64,000 nt of DNA, from positions 2,900-66,899 of the IMG/VR virus record IMGVR_UViG_3300015360_000041. One strand, written 5' to 3'. The position numbers and the translations under genes were made by a program. Positions within the stretch are counted from its first letter, which is position 1. Each line of letters starts with the position of its first letter. Below, one piece after another: positions 29,606 to 39,861 of the stretch. The stretch comes from a virus. The notes below the pieces were generated by a model. That model worked only from the letters and a program-made list of their open reading frames with translations, was not told the origin of the DNA and did not search any database.

Positions 29606-30382
29606 ATGAAAAAAAATGCGATAGTCAAGGATTACGATAATCTGCCAGTGTCCGGTGTATACAACATGCAGGAGAAGTCAAACATGCTCGTAAGTAAGAT
29701 GATGGACATAGAGGATGTCATGCGTGTGAGCTACAATTTCACGCCAGGTGATATGTCCACGCTGCTGACCGCCGCGAATAGGCCCATAGCAGATTCACTA
29801 TACAACAACTCGCATTCTTTCGCGAAAGAGAGCGCAGTCACGTCTGTCACACTAGACAAGTCGCAGACTGAGCTAGACTCCAACAACCTGTCGAAATGGG
29901 TGTTCGAGTTCGACAGCAAGTACCTGTTGCGCGAATACCTGTATAACGAGATATACACGCTAAACCCGCAATCACCTTTCAGGACTATTCCCATGAACAA
30001 TATTCCGGGCGGCAAGATTAACAAGTTGTGCTACGACTACATAAACAAGAACATCTTGGATAGATACAGGCTCAAGGATTTCATACTCTGGACGACGTTC
30101 CACGAGCTGAAGAACAATACAGTGCCGGGTTCTGGCACTGACCCAGTACTCAATCCTGAGATAAAACTGTTGTACAGGACTCCGGTGTTCTCGTTCAATG
30201 CCATACCAAACATTGGTTCTGGGACATCGCACACTACCGGGCCTGACATAGACAAGCAGAAGGAGACAATATACATGAAACAGTACAACGACGGCATGTA
30301 TGAGATTAACTACAAGCAGAAGAAGTCCAGCCAATACTACACGTTCTTGTGGTATTATGACGCAATTTTCGAGAGAATTTAA
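29606..30382 (+). CDS. putative structural protein
   Basis: Starts 1 nt after the large structural gene. Confidence 0.5.
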   Translation: MKKNAIVKDYDNLPVSGVYNMQEKSNMLVSKMMDIEDVMRVSYNFTPGDMSTLLTAANRPIADSLYNNSHSFAKESAVTSVTLDKSQTELDSNNLSKWVFEFDSKYLLREYLYNEIYTLNPQSPFRTIPMNNIPGGKINKLCYDYINKNILDRYRLKDFILWTTFHELKNNTVPGSGTDPVLNPEIKLLYRTPVFSFNAIPNIGSGTSHTTGPDIDKQKETIYMKQYNDGMYEINYKQKKSSQYYTFLWYYDAIFERI

Positions 30383-30429
30383 AACATTTCGGCCATACTG
30401 TCATATAAATAATTAAATATTGATATTGT

Positions 30430-30927
30430 ATGGCAACAAAAGCAAACTATAACACGGAACTTGTAAGCATCACTGACGAGAAGAAGAAAGAGTGGGCAAC
30501 CAATCTGAAAGACCTGAGCCCACTGATACGCTCGAAACAACCGCACGACATGACTGACGCTTCGGCTTTGGCGCTATCCTATCGCACGATGATACTCGAG
30601 GAGATTTCATATTTCCTGAGAGAACTTGCACAGGAACAGAAGATTCTGAAAGAACTCAAGCGAGACAAATTCATATTGTACACTACCGGGCTATTGCCTA
30701 ACGGCACTAGGCCCACGGGAAACATACTCAACCACCCGCTCATAGGCAATTCCAAAATATCTGGGGGACAGAAAGAGATGGTCATTTCAGGTGACCTGTC
30801 GGACTACGAATATACCACAGACATACTCGGTCAGACCGTAGACTATCTCAGGGAGTGCATCAAGACCATCGACCAATACATGTACAGCATTAAGAACAGG
30901 ATAGAACTGTTCGGAATATTCAAATAA
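30430..30927 (+). CDS. UvsY-like recombination mediator
   Basis: Helical protein ending DYLRECIKTIDQYMYSIKNRIE; lies near uvsW. Confidence 0.55.
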   Translation: MATKANYNTELVSITDEKKKEWATNLKDLSPLIRSKQPHDMTDASALALSYRTMILEEISYFLRELAQEQKILKELKRDKFILYTTGLLPNGTRPTGNILNHPLIGNSKISGGQKEMVISGDLSDYEYTTDILGQTVDYLRECIKTIDQYMYSIKNRIELFGIFK

Positions 30928-30938
30928 AATACACACAA

Positions 30939-31205
30939 ATGACAAAGATAAGTAAACGCATACTCAACCGGGTTGAGATTAATATCACAGACGACAATTC
31001 ATTGCCAGTGTACAAATTCTACCAGGACTGGCTGAAATTGATTCAGATGAAAGAAGAGATCGACATTAAACCGAATGTCATAGAATTCGATTTCTTGCCT
31101 GGATATAAATTCCACGGACTCAGAATGCAAGAATCTGAGGAAATAAATAATAGCCCACTCACATTCAATTTCGTATGTGATGCGTGGGAGAAAAAAGATC
31201 TATAA
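30939..31205 (+). CDS. hypothetical protein
   Basis: 88-aa co-oriented ORF. Confidence 0.5.
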   Translation: MTKISKRILNRVEINITDDNSLPVYKFYQDWLKLIQMKEEIDIKPNVIEFDFLPGYKFHGLRMQESEEINNSPLTFNFVCDAWEKKDL

Positions 31206-31281
31206 ATTATGTAGACGAAAAATTTTTAAGCACAAATGACAAAGATAAATGCGAGAACAATAAAAACAATACACATACAGA

Positions 31282-31620
31282 ATGAACAATCCTAAATTAT
31301 TGGAGGCAGTGACACCTGCAGCGACGTACAAGATACCGACGTATCTTGTCAGTGACAACGGCATAGAAGACGGCGACGGGCTTACAATACACTTCTGCAA
31401 AGGCAACAAGTCCGACATCTCTCACCTGAGACAGGAGGGTGTCTTCACGGAGACACTCATACAGCTGGCTAAGGAATACTTACAGGAAGTTAACCAAGGC
31501 GAACTGAAGACAGATGACACGACCCAGGCGATAATAAAACTTGAGGAAGCGTTGATGTGGATTAACAAGCGCGCGGAAGACAGGAAACTCAGAAATGTAC
31601 AGGCTACATACAAAAAATAA
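31282..31620 (+). CDS. Tad1-like anti-defence nucleotide sponge
   Basis: IHFCKG..QEGV..E.LI...AIIKLEEALMWINKR...R..RNVQATY resembles Tad1 (FQEGP..NGV..EDLI...AITKLEEALLWL.KR...R..RGVEGT). Confidence 0.7.
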   Translation: MNNPKLLEAVTPAATYKIPTYLVSDNGIEDGDGLTIHFCKGNKSDISHLRQEGVFTETLIQLAKEYLQEVNQGELKTDDTTQAIIKLEEALMWINKRAEDRKLRNVQATYKK

Positions 31621-31653
31621 ACGATAGACCAGACTCGTCTGTCACTAGATACT

Positions 31654-33249
31654 ATGAAATTAGAATACATGCCTGGCGTAGAACGCATAAAGATATTGCC
31701 GGAAAACAACACGGAAGCCAGAGGCATAAAGAACTGGCTCGACAGATATGTCGATGGTTACATGTTTGACCCGGCATACAAGAATAGGCTTTGGAATGGC
31801 AAGAAAACACTGTACAACAAAGAAGATGACACGATCCCGATGGGGCTGTGGCGCGAGGCCTTTAAATGCTGCGAGGAGTTCGGGTATACTTTTGAATTTG
31901 TCAATAAAGACGAGTTCCCACTAAATAGGGAAATTAAAAAAATTAAATTTGAGACGTTTATTAAGGAATGGTTCGGCGGATATAAATTTGAGCCCAGAGA
32001 ATATCAAATACGGGTAGCGTATAATATACTTAAAAATAGATATTGTAATATAGAAGTTGCTACAAGCGGCGGTAAAACATTAATTTACAGCATGACGTTG
32101 TTTTATCTATTGACACACAACCCGCAGGCAAAATTTTTATTAATCGTTCCATCCAAAACACTGGTAACTCAATTTTATAACGACATATTAGAGTTTAACT
32201 GGGATAATCGGCTAGCGATCAATATACAAGAAATTTTTGACGCCACGGAAAACCCCAGACACACTGATCCGAGTAAACCAGCAAATTTAGTTATTGGTAC
32301 TTTTCAATCATTGTCTGACGCTGTAAAATTTCCAAAAAAATATTTTATGCCATTTTACTCGATAGTCGGCGACGAATTTCATAAGGGAAGAAATAACTCG
32401 TATAGAAAAATATTTAAAAAAACAATAGGCACAGCATATTACAGATGGGGCATGTCTGGCACATTTCCAAAAGACGAGACATACGAGATGTTAGAAATTA
32501 TGGCAAAAACCGGACCAGTTGTGGATATAGTTAAAGCTAAAGAATTAATGGACGTCGGTTTTATTACTAAAGTTAAAATAAAACAAGTTTTTATGTACCA
32601 CAATAACTGGGAATTTGCCGAGAGACTTGAAATAGTCGCAAGCAGAGATAAAAAATCGGCGTATGACTTAGAAGTACAAAAAATACAGGAAACCCCGGAG
32701 CGTTTAGATATTATAAACAAAATTGTTAGTCAGTGTAAGTCTAACACACTAGTTTTATTTCACAACACTGATTACGGACAAAAAATTTTAGAAAAATTAA
32801 AATTAAATAACCCCGAAAAAGAATTTTATTATATCGACGGGTCTGTAAAAAATAATGGCAATAGCAAAAATATAGAAAATAATAGAACTTACATTAAATC
32901 ACAGATGAATTTATCAGACGGTAAAGTTAAAGTATTAGTTGCAAGTTTTTTCACGTTGTCTACAGGTGTAAGTATTAACGCCATTACCAATGTTATATTC
33001 TGCCAATCGTTCAAGAAAGCACAGGTCATCATTCAAAGTATTGGTAGAGCATTAAGGTTACATGAAGACAAAAAATATGCATATGTGTTTGATTTAATTG
33101 ACGTGTTTAACCATGATGATTTCGCAAAGAGGACTAAATCTAAATTCAAAAATATACTATTAAATCACGGGAAAGAAAGATTAAAAATTTATGAGCACGA
33201 ACAATACCCGACAGACAGCATAGAAATACAATTAAAACCAGCAACATGA
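31654..33249 (+). CDS. uvsW: UvsW-like SF2 helicase
   Basis: PREYQ, ATSGGKT, DEFH, MSGT, QSIGRALR, FDLID. Confidence 0.9.
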   Translation: MKLEYMPGVERIKILPENNTEARGIKNWLDRYVDGYMFDPAYKNRLWNGKKTLYNKEDDTIPMGLWREAFKCCEEFGYTFEFVNKDEFPLNREIKKIKFETFIKEWFGGYKFEPREYQIRVAYNILKNRYCNIEVATSGGKTLIYSMTLFYLLTHNPQAKFLLIVPSKTLVTQFYNDILEFNWDNRLAINIQEIFDATENPRHTDPSKPANLVIGTFQSLSDAVKFPKKYFMPFYSIVGDEFHKGRNNSYRKIFKKTIGTAYYRWGMSGTFPKDETYEMLEIMAKTGPVVDIVKAKELMDVGFITKVKIKQVFMYHNNWEFAERLEIVASRDKKSAYDLEVQKIQETPERLDIINKIVSQCKSNTLVLFHNTDYGQKILEKLKLNNPEKEFYYIDGSVKNNGNSKNIENNRTYIKSQMNLSDGKVKVLVASFFTLSTGVSINAITNVIFCQSFKKAQVIIQSIGRALRLHEDKKYAYVFDLIDVFNHDDFAKRTKSKFKNILLNHGKERLKIYEHEQYPTDSIEIQLKPAT

Positions 33250-33422
33250 AGAAATTACAGAAGATATTACACGACAAGATCATGCAGACGTCAGCTTACA
33301 TAAACAGGATAAACGTGTTCGGACATCCGGCGGTTGAGACTGTGGACGGCATAGAAGTATACAAAGATACCGGTAACGTATGTCCGGTGGACTTAAAGTA
33401 GAAACAGCTACACGACAATGTA

Positions 33423-33698
33423 ATGATGAAATGGTTGCCTGTTGTAGAAAAAATGATGGGAACTAGTAATCCGGAAAAGAATGCGATATTTGCCGAATAC
33501 GCGCAAGCACAATATGACGCTATGCCCAGTCACGATGTGTTACAATTTTTAACTCCAAAGGTGCAATTAAAGGATTTAGGGTTTTTTCCAAGCAGTCTGA
33601 AAATACTCGCGATGACGCATCTCGATAACGATTTTAACGGCCCGGTTAAACCGCCGGGTATAGACAATGTAGATACAAATGTCGACGACCACTTTTAA
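33423..33698 (+). CDS. hypothetical protein resembling a major-capsid N-terminal segment
   Basis: KWLPVVE...AEYA...FPSSLKILAMT; resemblance by eye only. Confidence 0.35.
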   Translation: MMKWLPVVEKMMGTSNPEKNAIFAEYAQAQYDAMPSHDVLQFLTPKVQLKDLGFFPSSLKILAMTHLDNDFNGPVKPPGIDNVDTNVDDHF

Positions 33699-33727
33699 AA
33701 TAAAACTAAAATGCACATAATTGCATC

Positions 33728-34546
33728 ATGACAGAAAACAAAGACACATCGGATTACAAGATTATAAACATTGTCAGGGATTTCAAGACTTCGTTAGGTG
33801 ATAAGAACACAGTGTTCGCGTTACTGCTGAGGCTGAAACGGTCTCTGGAGTTCAACGGCACTGTCAGTTGGACGAACCTATATACAGAACTCGGTGAGTT
33901 CTACAAAGACTTCAGGCCGTACTACAGCTCAGGTGTTTACACGCCCGACCCGATAAACAAGGACGCGATGACAGAAAAAGACATATTCGTGTTCGGCTCA
34001 AACACGGAAGGCCGTCACGGTGGCGGTGCTGCCAAAGCGGCGCTTGACCATTACGGAGCCGTATATGGCCAGGCCCGCGGTCTACAGGGCAATTCGTATG
34101 CCATTGTTACCAAAGACCTGAACGTAGGCGAGAGGAGTATCGATGTACTGGAGATTGAGAAAGAGATTAACGCGTTGATCGAATTCGCGTTGGACAATCC
34201 AGACAAGACGTTCTTCGTCACTAAGATTGGTTGCGGCCTGGGAGGATTCGACCTGAAAGACATCGCCCCGCTTTTCTCGAACAAACTGATACCGAACAAC
34301 ATTATTCTGCCGGTTGAGTTCGTGTCACCTCAATATTCGCGGTCATATTTTTATTCGGCAAAGAACAAGAAGTTCTTCCACATTAAAAATAATAACCATA
34401 TAATTGTGATCGGTGTCGGTAATACGAAAGAGATTACAGAGGTCAAGATGAATAACATCATAGCTGAACTGCCTGACGATATTACGTCATGCGACAGAGA
34501 CGATTTCATATTGGCATCTGAAGAGGTGTTGAAGGCATTGTACTAG
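33728..34546 (+). CDS. A1S_2505-like (macro-like) phage protein with N- and C-terminal extensions
   Basis: IFVFGSNTEGRHGGGAA, GLQGNSYAI.TK, FFVTKIGCGLGG. Confidence 0.75.
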   Translation: MTENKDTSDYKIINIVRDFKTSLGDKNTVFALLLRLKRSLEFNGTVSWTNLYTELGEFYKDFRPYYSSGVYTPDPINKDAMTEKDIFVFGSNTEGRHGGGAAKAALDHYGAVYGQARGLQGNSYAIVTKDLNVGERSIDVLEIEKEINALIEFALDNPDKTFFVTKIGCGLGGFDLKDIAPLFSNKLIPNNIILPVEFVSPQYSRSYFYSAKNKKFFHIKNNNHIIVIGVGNTKEITEVKMNNIIAELPDDITSCDRDDFILASEEVLKALY

Positions 34547-34564
34547 ACCGGAAACTGAGATTGC

Positions 34565-35035
34565 GTGTTAGACATAAAAACTTCCATAGAATTTGACCCA
34601 GCCAACATGACGGCCAAGCACGAGAAACAGTCGGATTGGAAGCGCACTGCACTTTGTCAGATAGACGGAGACATCGACAAGTACTATTCGTGGTTTCTGA
34701 AGAGGCGTTTCGATTTGGAGTTAAACAGGCCAATACGCAAGGCGCACATAACTGTGATAAACGACAGAGTTTTAGATGCGGTGAAATATAACCAGGCCAA
34801 GGAGATATTTGATGGTAAGGAGATAGTGTTTAAGTACGACCCTGCAGAGATTCGCACGAACGGCGAGCACTGGTGGGTCAAGGTGTACAACACTGACATA
34901 GAGGCAATCCGTGAGTTCGCCGGACTACAACGGAAGCCGCATTTCAATTTGCACTTGACGTTGGGTTATGCGAATAACAAGAACATGCACCACTCGGAAT
35001 ACATACTGAGGCAGATAATGAAATTTAATTTATAA
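34565..35035 (+). CDS. 2H phosphoesterase family protein
   Basis: Two HxT motifs: AHITV and LHLTL. Confidence 0.7.
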   Translation: MLDIKTSIEFDPANMTAKHEKQSDWKRTALCQIDGDIDKYYSWFLKRRFDLELNRPIRKAHITVINDRVLDAVKYNQAKEIFDGKEIVFKYDPAEIRTNGEHWWVKVYNTDIEAIREFAGLQRKPHFNLHLTLGYANNKNMHHSEYILRQIMKFNL

Positions 35036-35053
35036 ACCAAAAAATATAACAAA

Positions 35054-35797
35054 ATGGGCACAACAGTAGCATCACCAATCAATCTGAGAAAAGAAATCGT
35101 TAGCCAGGTGGTTAAGGAGAAGGGAATCACCGGCGTTAAGGCGCAAGTCGTTCTAGTCATGGACTATTCCGGTTCTATGGACCACTTGTACAGGTCTGGA
35201 TTTGTTCAACGTGTTATGGAACGACTGGTTCCGATAGCGATGCAGTTCGATGACAACGGCGAGATGGAACTTTACATGTTTCAGAACAATTGCATCAAGC
35301 ACCCGAACAACGTCACTGCGGTGTCGGTTGACGGAATCGTGAAAAGAGAGATTACAGGAAAGTACGATTTCGGCGGCACACAATATGCTCCGGCAATCAG
35401 ATCGATACTGGAGGACTACGTTCCCTCGTCGGTTACCGAAAAGAAAGGTTTTTTCGGTAGTATGTTCGGCGGAAAACCGAACGTCACGGGAAATATTACA
35501 GACCCGGTGTACGTCATATTTGTCACTGACGGCGACAACTCGGACAAGCCAGCGGCGGAAGCGGCGATAAAGGAAGCGTCAAAATACGGTGTATTCTTCC
35601 AGTTCGTGGGAATCGGTAACGCGTCAATGGCATTCTTGGACAAGCTGGACACCATGCCAGGTCGCGTTCGAGATAATGCTAATTTTTTTCAGGTCAACGA
35701 CTTGGACAAGATTGGTGACAAAGACTTGTACGAGAGATTATTATCCGAATTTCCGTCATGGATTGAAAATGCCAGAAAAGATGGTTTAATAAAATAA
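35054..35797 (+). CDS. vWA domain protein (Ter-associated type)
   Basis: DYSGSM MIDAS, GGTQYAP, FVTDGD, FFQFVGIG, DNANFF. Confidence 0.85.
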   Translation: MGTTVASPINLRKEIVSQVVKEKGITGVKAQVVLVMDYSGSMDHLYRSGFVQRVMERLVPIAMQFDDNGEMELYMFQNNCIKHPNNVTAVSVDGIVKREITGKYDFGGTQYAPAIRSILEDYVPSSVTEKKGFFGSMFGGKPNVTGNITDPVYVIFVTDGDNSDKPAAEAAIKEASKYGVFFQFVGIGNASMAFLDKLDTMPGRVRDNANFFQVNDLDKIGDKDLYERLLSEFPSWIENARKDGLIK

Positions 35798-35820
35798 TAA
35801 TATCAATTAAAAATACAGAC

Positions 35821-36618
35821 ATGAATACAAAGGAATTAAATAATCCCATATCGTATACGTCGTTAAACACATTAGCAAATAAAAATCTGTGTGTGATTAA
35901 GTATATAAAGGAAGGTCACTCTCCGTTATTGTCTATGACAGTTGGCGACTATTATATTGCCGAAAAGACGGTAAATGATGAAGGCACACTGATATATAAA
36001 TTACTGAACAATGATATTATGGACCGTAAAGGCACAGAACCGATACGAGTTTATAGATGTGTTAATGGCGTCGATAGATTTGCCGAGTACGAGATTAAAG
36101 GATGGATTGAAGAGAACAATCTCGAACATGCAACTGACGTTAATTTATGTCCGTTGATTACTGTTACTGGTCGAGTGTATGGGTTTATTAACCCATTAAC
36201 GGACGGGGTAAAACGAGTGCTAGACAAAAGCCACAGTGTGTGGCATGTAGGCATGTCTGTTGATATTTATAAAAAGAATTTACAAGGCAGACCAGGATAC
36301 CAGGTACTGTCTGACAATACGTTCGGAAAGGTCGACACTACATGTGATGTTTTCAAAGATGTCCGCCATAATAATAGCCCGTTGAGTGATATGTTAAAAC
36401 AGAATTACTCGACACTGAAAGCTGGTCACAGGATCATGGTAAATTCTGTATATGGTCGTTCGTACGGCAATGATCCATCCACATTCGATCATAACACATA
36501 TATCTCTGACTCTGACGACGAACGAGAGCGCAGAATAAATCACGACAACGCCCCGATACAGAGACACGTTTGCGACGAAAGTATAGGACTAAATGTAGAG
36601 TATTTACTGATTAAATAA
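35821..36618 (+). CDS. hypothetical protein
   Basis: 265-aa co-oriented ORF. Confidence 0.55.
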   Translation: MNTKELNNPISYTSLNTLANKNLCVIKYIKEGHSPLLSMTVGDYYIAEKTVNDEGTLIYKLLNNDIMDRKGTEPIRVYRCVNGVDRFAEYEIKGWIEENNLEHATDVNLCPLITVTGRVYGFINPLTDGVKRVLDKSHSVWHVGMSVDIYKKNLQGRPGYQVLSDNTFGKVDTTCDVFKDVRHNNSPLSDMLKQNYSTLKAGHRIMVNSVYGRSYGNDPSTFDHNTYISDSDDERERRINHDNAPIQRHVCDESIGLNVEYLLIK

Positions 36619-36637
36619 CAAATAAAAACAAATAAAA

Positions 36638-36922
36638 ATGAAAACAAAAGAGAAAACACAGAAGTTAATCGACATCTTACGTAACGCTAAGGATTCGAAC
36701 GAAGAGACAGCATTGGTCGCACAGTCGGCTCAGGCGAGTATAAACACGCAGCAGGAGATTCTGAACTTACAAGGACAGATTAACCAACAGAATGCGGTAA
36801 TCAGTTTGGCAATACAGGCACCGAGTTTTTCGGCGGCCAAGGTTTACGCGGCGCGCAGAGACATGGAGCTCTTAGAAGTGAAATTAGCCGGTATCCAGGG
36901 TATTTTCGCAGAGCTGTTTTAA
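36638..36922 (+). CDS. hypothetical coiled-coil protein
   Basis: A-rich leader; followed by a terminator. Confidence 0.6.
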   Translation: MKTKEKTQKLIDILRNAKDSNEETALVAQSAQASINTQQEILNLQGQINQQNAVISLAIQAPSFSAAKVYAARRDMELLEVKLAGIQGIFAELF

Positions 36923-36936
36923 TATAATTTCGGATT

Positions 36937-36969
36937 AAAAAAAGAGGGACCCAGTCAGGTCCCTCTTTT
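36937..36969. terminator. intrinsic terminator
   Basis: AAAAGAGGGACC-CAGTCA-GGTCCCTCTTTT. Confidence 0.85.
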
Positions 36970-36995
36970 AATATATAAAGATAAAGGATTAAGAT

Positions 36996-37355
36996 ATGCA
37001 ACTAATTGATAATAAGATAAAGCTGAAAGACTACATACAGGTAGACATGAAAGACCCGAATTTCGACGATACTGATAATGCCGAAGTGACAGTAGAAGTA
37101 ACGTTCTCTGTGGACGTCGCAAATCAGGGTATAGTTTTTGAAGTATACGACATAAAATCTGTCACTTGGTCTTATACCGGGGTGACGTTCACTGACGACG
37201 AAAACGAGACTAGTGATATTACAGGCGCTTCTGACGACACGTGGACGGTGAACACGACGAAGTCCAAGACAAAAGATGAGAACTATGGGCTTTACCTGTC
37301 TGATGTGTATGTCAACATTGCGAATAAAGTTATAGACATAAATTTTGAGTGTTAA
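36996..37355 (+). CDS. hypothetical acidic protein
   Basis: AATATATAA motif upstream. Confidence 0.6.
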   Translation: MQLIDNKIKLKDYIQVDMKDPNFDDTDNAEVTVEVTFSVDVANQGIVFEVYDIKSVTWSYTGVTFTDDENETSDITGASDDTWTVNTTKSKTKDENYGLYLSDVYVNIANKVIDINFEC

Positions 37356-37377
37356 TTATTATTCATGATATTGTATA

Positions 37378-37698
37378 ATGAAAATAAGTTTTGACGTGGA
37401 CGGAACACTGTTGTTAGTCGGCCAGTTCGTGGATAGGTTCCAGCGATTCGGCGACGACGTGTACATTGTTACATCTAGAGACGGCGGGAAACCGAATCTC
37501 GATTTGCTAGAGCTGGCGTCAAAACTTAACATAGCACATGATAAGATACATTATACTAACAACCAATTGAAATTAGACAAGCTCGAAGAACTCGGGATTG
37601 AATTTCACTTCGACGACGACGTCATCGAGGTCGACGAGATTAACAGGTACTCGACGACATGCAAGGCGCTAGCTGTTAATTTCAAACACATATACTGA
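37378..37698 (+). CDS. minimal HAD-fold protein
   Basis: SFDVDGTL, IVTSR, K, HFDDD. Confidence 0.75.
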   Translation: MKISFDVDGTLLLVGQFVDRFQRFGDDVYIVTSRDGGKPNLDLLELASKLNIAHDKIHYTNNQLKLDKLEELGIEFHFDDDVIEVDEINRYSTTCKALAVNFKHIY

Positions 37699-37811
37699 TA
37701 TGAGTGACATTTTTTTTTGAACGAGACTGACGTGTGTTGCTAATCGACACAAGTTTAATTTGCTAAATTTTAAAACTTTCTTCAAAAAAAAACGTATAAA
37801 TATTATAAATT

Positions 37812-38153
37812 ATGAAAGACAATCACATAAATCACAGGGATACACAGTTTATCGTATGGATTAAAAAAATTTTCACAAAGCCAAGGCATGTAATGGCCGG
37901 CGACCTCGGTATATATCACTACATATGGGGGTGTGACACGTTCCACGAGGACAGTCACGGGTTGAAGTACGACGTGTACGCGAAGATAAAGTCGTTGGAT
38001 GTCTACGAGACTCTGATAGAGATTGAGGCCATCGACATCAAGATAAACGACTCGGCCAGCACAGAGATACAGAACATCATAAAGAACAATTTCCCTAAGT
38101 ACGTCAACCCCAAATACGTCAAATGGCAATTGAAATCGACACAGCAAAAGTAG
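37812..38153 (+). CDS. hypothetical protein
   Basis: 113-aa ORF with AAACTT...TATAAAT upstream. Confidence 0.55.
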   Translation: MKDNHINHRDTQFIVWIKKIFTKPRHVMAGDLGIYHYIWGCDTFHEDSHGLKYDVYAKIKSLDVYETLIEIEAIDIKINDSASTEIQNIIKNNFPKYVNPKYVKWQLKSTQQK

Positions 38154-38235
38154 AGATTATATCGGGACACGACAGATACCTAGAAGTCAAGCACCACGGG
38201 TATAATAAATTATTAAAAATAAAAACACAGAGATT

Positions 38236-38760
38236 ATGGGATTAAAGATTAAACTTATGATAGCGGTCGACCGCAACGGTGTGATGGGCGACAAGAACAC
38301 GCTTCCGTGGAAACTGAGCGACGACTTGAAGCAGTTCAAGAAAGAGACGGTAGGTTCGCCATTGATAATGGGTTCTAACACGTTCAAGTCGCTTCCAGGC
38401 ATTCTGCCAGGCCGAGAGCACTTGGTGTTGTCAACGACGATGTACGGCGACAACGACAAGTCAGTGTTCACGAGCATGAAGAACGCGTTGGATTACCTGA
38501 GTGATTCCGGATGCGAGAAAGTGTACGTCATAGGCGGCGCCAACGTCGTGAAACAATTTGCATCGATGAACATGTTTGACGAGTTAATAATAACCCACGT
38601 CGAGTGCGCCATAAAGGGCGACACCATACTAGACCTTGACGAAGACTTAGGTTTGGAGAACTGGCACATGTACAAGTCTGATGTTTATGAACAGTCCGAC
38701 AAGAACCAGTACGGGTTCATAGTGAACCGGTATTTAAAGAAGAAAAAAAGATTCTACTAA
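38236..38760 (+). CDS. folA: dihydrofolate reductase
   Basis: IAVDRNGVMG..NTLPW..DLKQFK, IMGSNTF, LPGR, VIGGA. Confidence 0.95.
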   Translation: MGLKIKLMIAVDRNGVMGDKNTLPWKLSDDLKQFKKETVGSPLIMGSNTFKSLPGILPGREHLVLSTTMYGDNDKSVFTSMKNALDYLSDSGCEKVYVIGGANVVKQFASMNMFDELIITHVECAIKGDTILDLDEDLGLENWHMYKSDVYEQSDKNQYGFIVNRYLKKKKRFY

Positions 38761-39026
38761 TGAACAAGATAACATCAATAAATTACGAGAACTTCTACGA
38801 CAATCTTGAGTGCAAGATATTAGAGACATACGGTTACACTAATATGTTGACGGCATACCCAGAATATGTAAGCAAACACGGACTGGACGCATTGGAATAC
38901 GACGCTAAATCTCTCGACAAGGTAAGACTGCTCAAAAATGAAACGCTCACACTCGACACTTACATGATATGTGCATACCTGCGCGACATCGAGAACGAGA
39001 TAACAAGGGTGTTAAATAATATTTAG
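38760..39026 (+). CDS. hypothetical protein
   Basis: Coupled to DHFR (TAATG). Confidence 0.55.
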   Translation: MNKITSINYENFYDNLECKILETYGYTNMLTAYPEYVSKHGLDALEYDAKSLDKVRLLKNETLTLDTYMICAYLRDIENEITRVLNNI

Positions 39027-39116
39027 TACAAGTTTGTGCGGAATATATACAACACAGTTTTTTAAAAAATATATGCCCAATAGGTTAGGCGCGCAACATA
39101 TAATAAACCAAAAAAC

Positions 39117-39473
39117 ATGGCAAAACAAGAAAAATCTATAGACCTTAGAAAAGAAAAGACCGACGAATTTTCTGACACGGTAAATCCTGTGCCCGCAGAT
39201 GCTATGCATTCTGCGTTAGCCGTGCAGAACGCGCTGATTGACGAGACCCGAGTGCCCAAGAAACTGCCAGCACTAAAGCAAGGCGAGAAGCAGATTTGCG
39301 TAATAATATACCTGAAGCTGATAAACGGCGATGATGATTTCGTTGAGACATTGACGTTGAACATGGTTTCACAGATCAACGCCGTGATATGTAATACGAA
39401 CAAGCACACCAAGACGCCGGGCGGGTACACCGTTAATAAAGTTAAATTAAACACCGAAATAATATGCAGATAA
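39117..39473 (+). CDS. hypothetical protein
   Basis: A-rich leader, 118 aa. Confidence 0.55.
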   Translation: MAKQEKSIDLRKEKTDEFSDTVNPVPADAMHSALAVQNALIDETRVPKKLPALKQGEKQICVIIYLKLINGDDDFVETLTLNMVSQINAVICNTNKHTKTPGGYTVNKVKLNTEIICR

Positions 39474-39709
39474 AAATGAACGAGATTTATGTCAATTTAG
39501 ATATTTGTGAATGTCATGAGATATTCGATAAACACTCATACTGTAGTGCCGAGTCATGTATAACGGCCGGTGTGACCGAAATACTTTATGACCAGGAGTC
39601 CGGTGATATATTGGCGACAGTACAAAATGGCGAATTCCTCACGCTAGACGAGAAATATACGAGCGAAAATATAAAAACTTTCACGAATATTTCCGAATTA
39701 CGAAAATAA
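39464..39709 (+). CDS. hypothetical protein
   Basis: Overlaps the previous stop. Confidence 0.5.
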   Translation: MQIKMNEIYVNLDICECHEIFDKHSYCSAESCITAGVTEILYDQESGDILATVQNGEFLTLDEKYTSENIKTFTNISELRK

Positions 39710-39713
39710 TTCG

Positions 39714-39721
39714 TATATTTG
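39714..39721 (+). promoter_or_regulatory. Bacteroidota-type -7 promoter element TATATTTG upstream of the tRNA leader
   Basis: Matches TAnnTTTG; also at 45370; an AATATATAA motif follows at 39761. Confidence 0.6.
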
Positions 39722-39774
39722 CGTTATGATCTAAAAACAGATTAAACTTTTTTACTATATAATATATAATTAAT

Positions 39775-39861
39775 ATGAAAACAACTAGCAATATATCACG
39801 CCGCTCGAGTTCGTCAAGACGAAGCGGATATGTATTGCCTGGATGTGGACGTATGAAGTAA
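39775..39861 (+). CDS. Ser/Arg-rich leader peptide (28 aa) of a putative attenuator
   Basis: MKTTSNISRRSSSSRRSGYVLPGCGRMK*; 10 consecutive Ser/Arg codons; lies between the promoter motifs and the terminator preceding Ser/Arg tRNAs. Confidence 0.8.
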   Translation: MKTTSNISRRSSSSRRSGYVLPGCGRMK

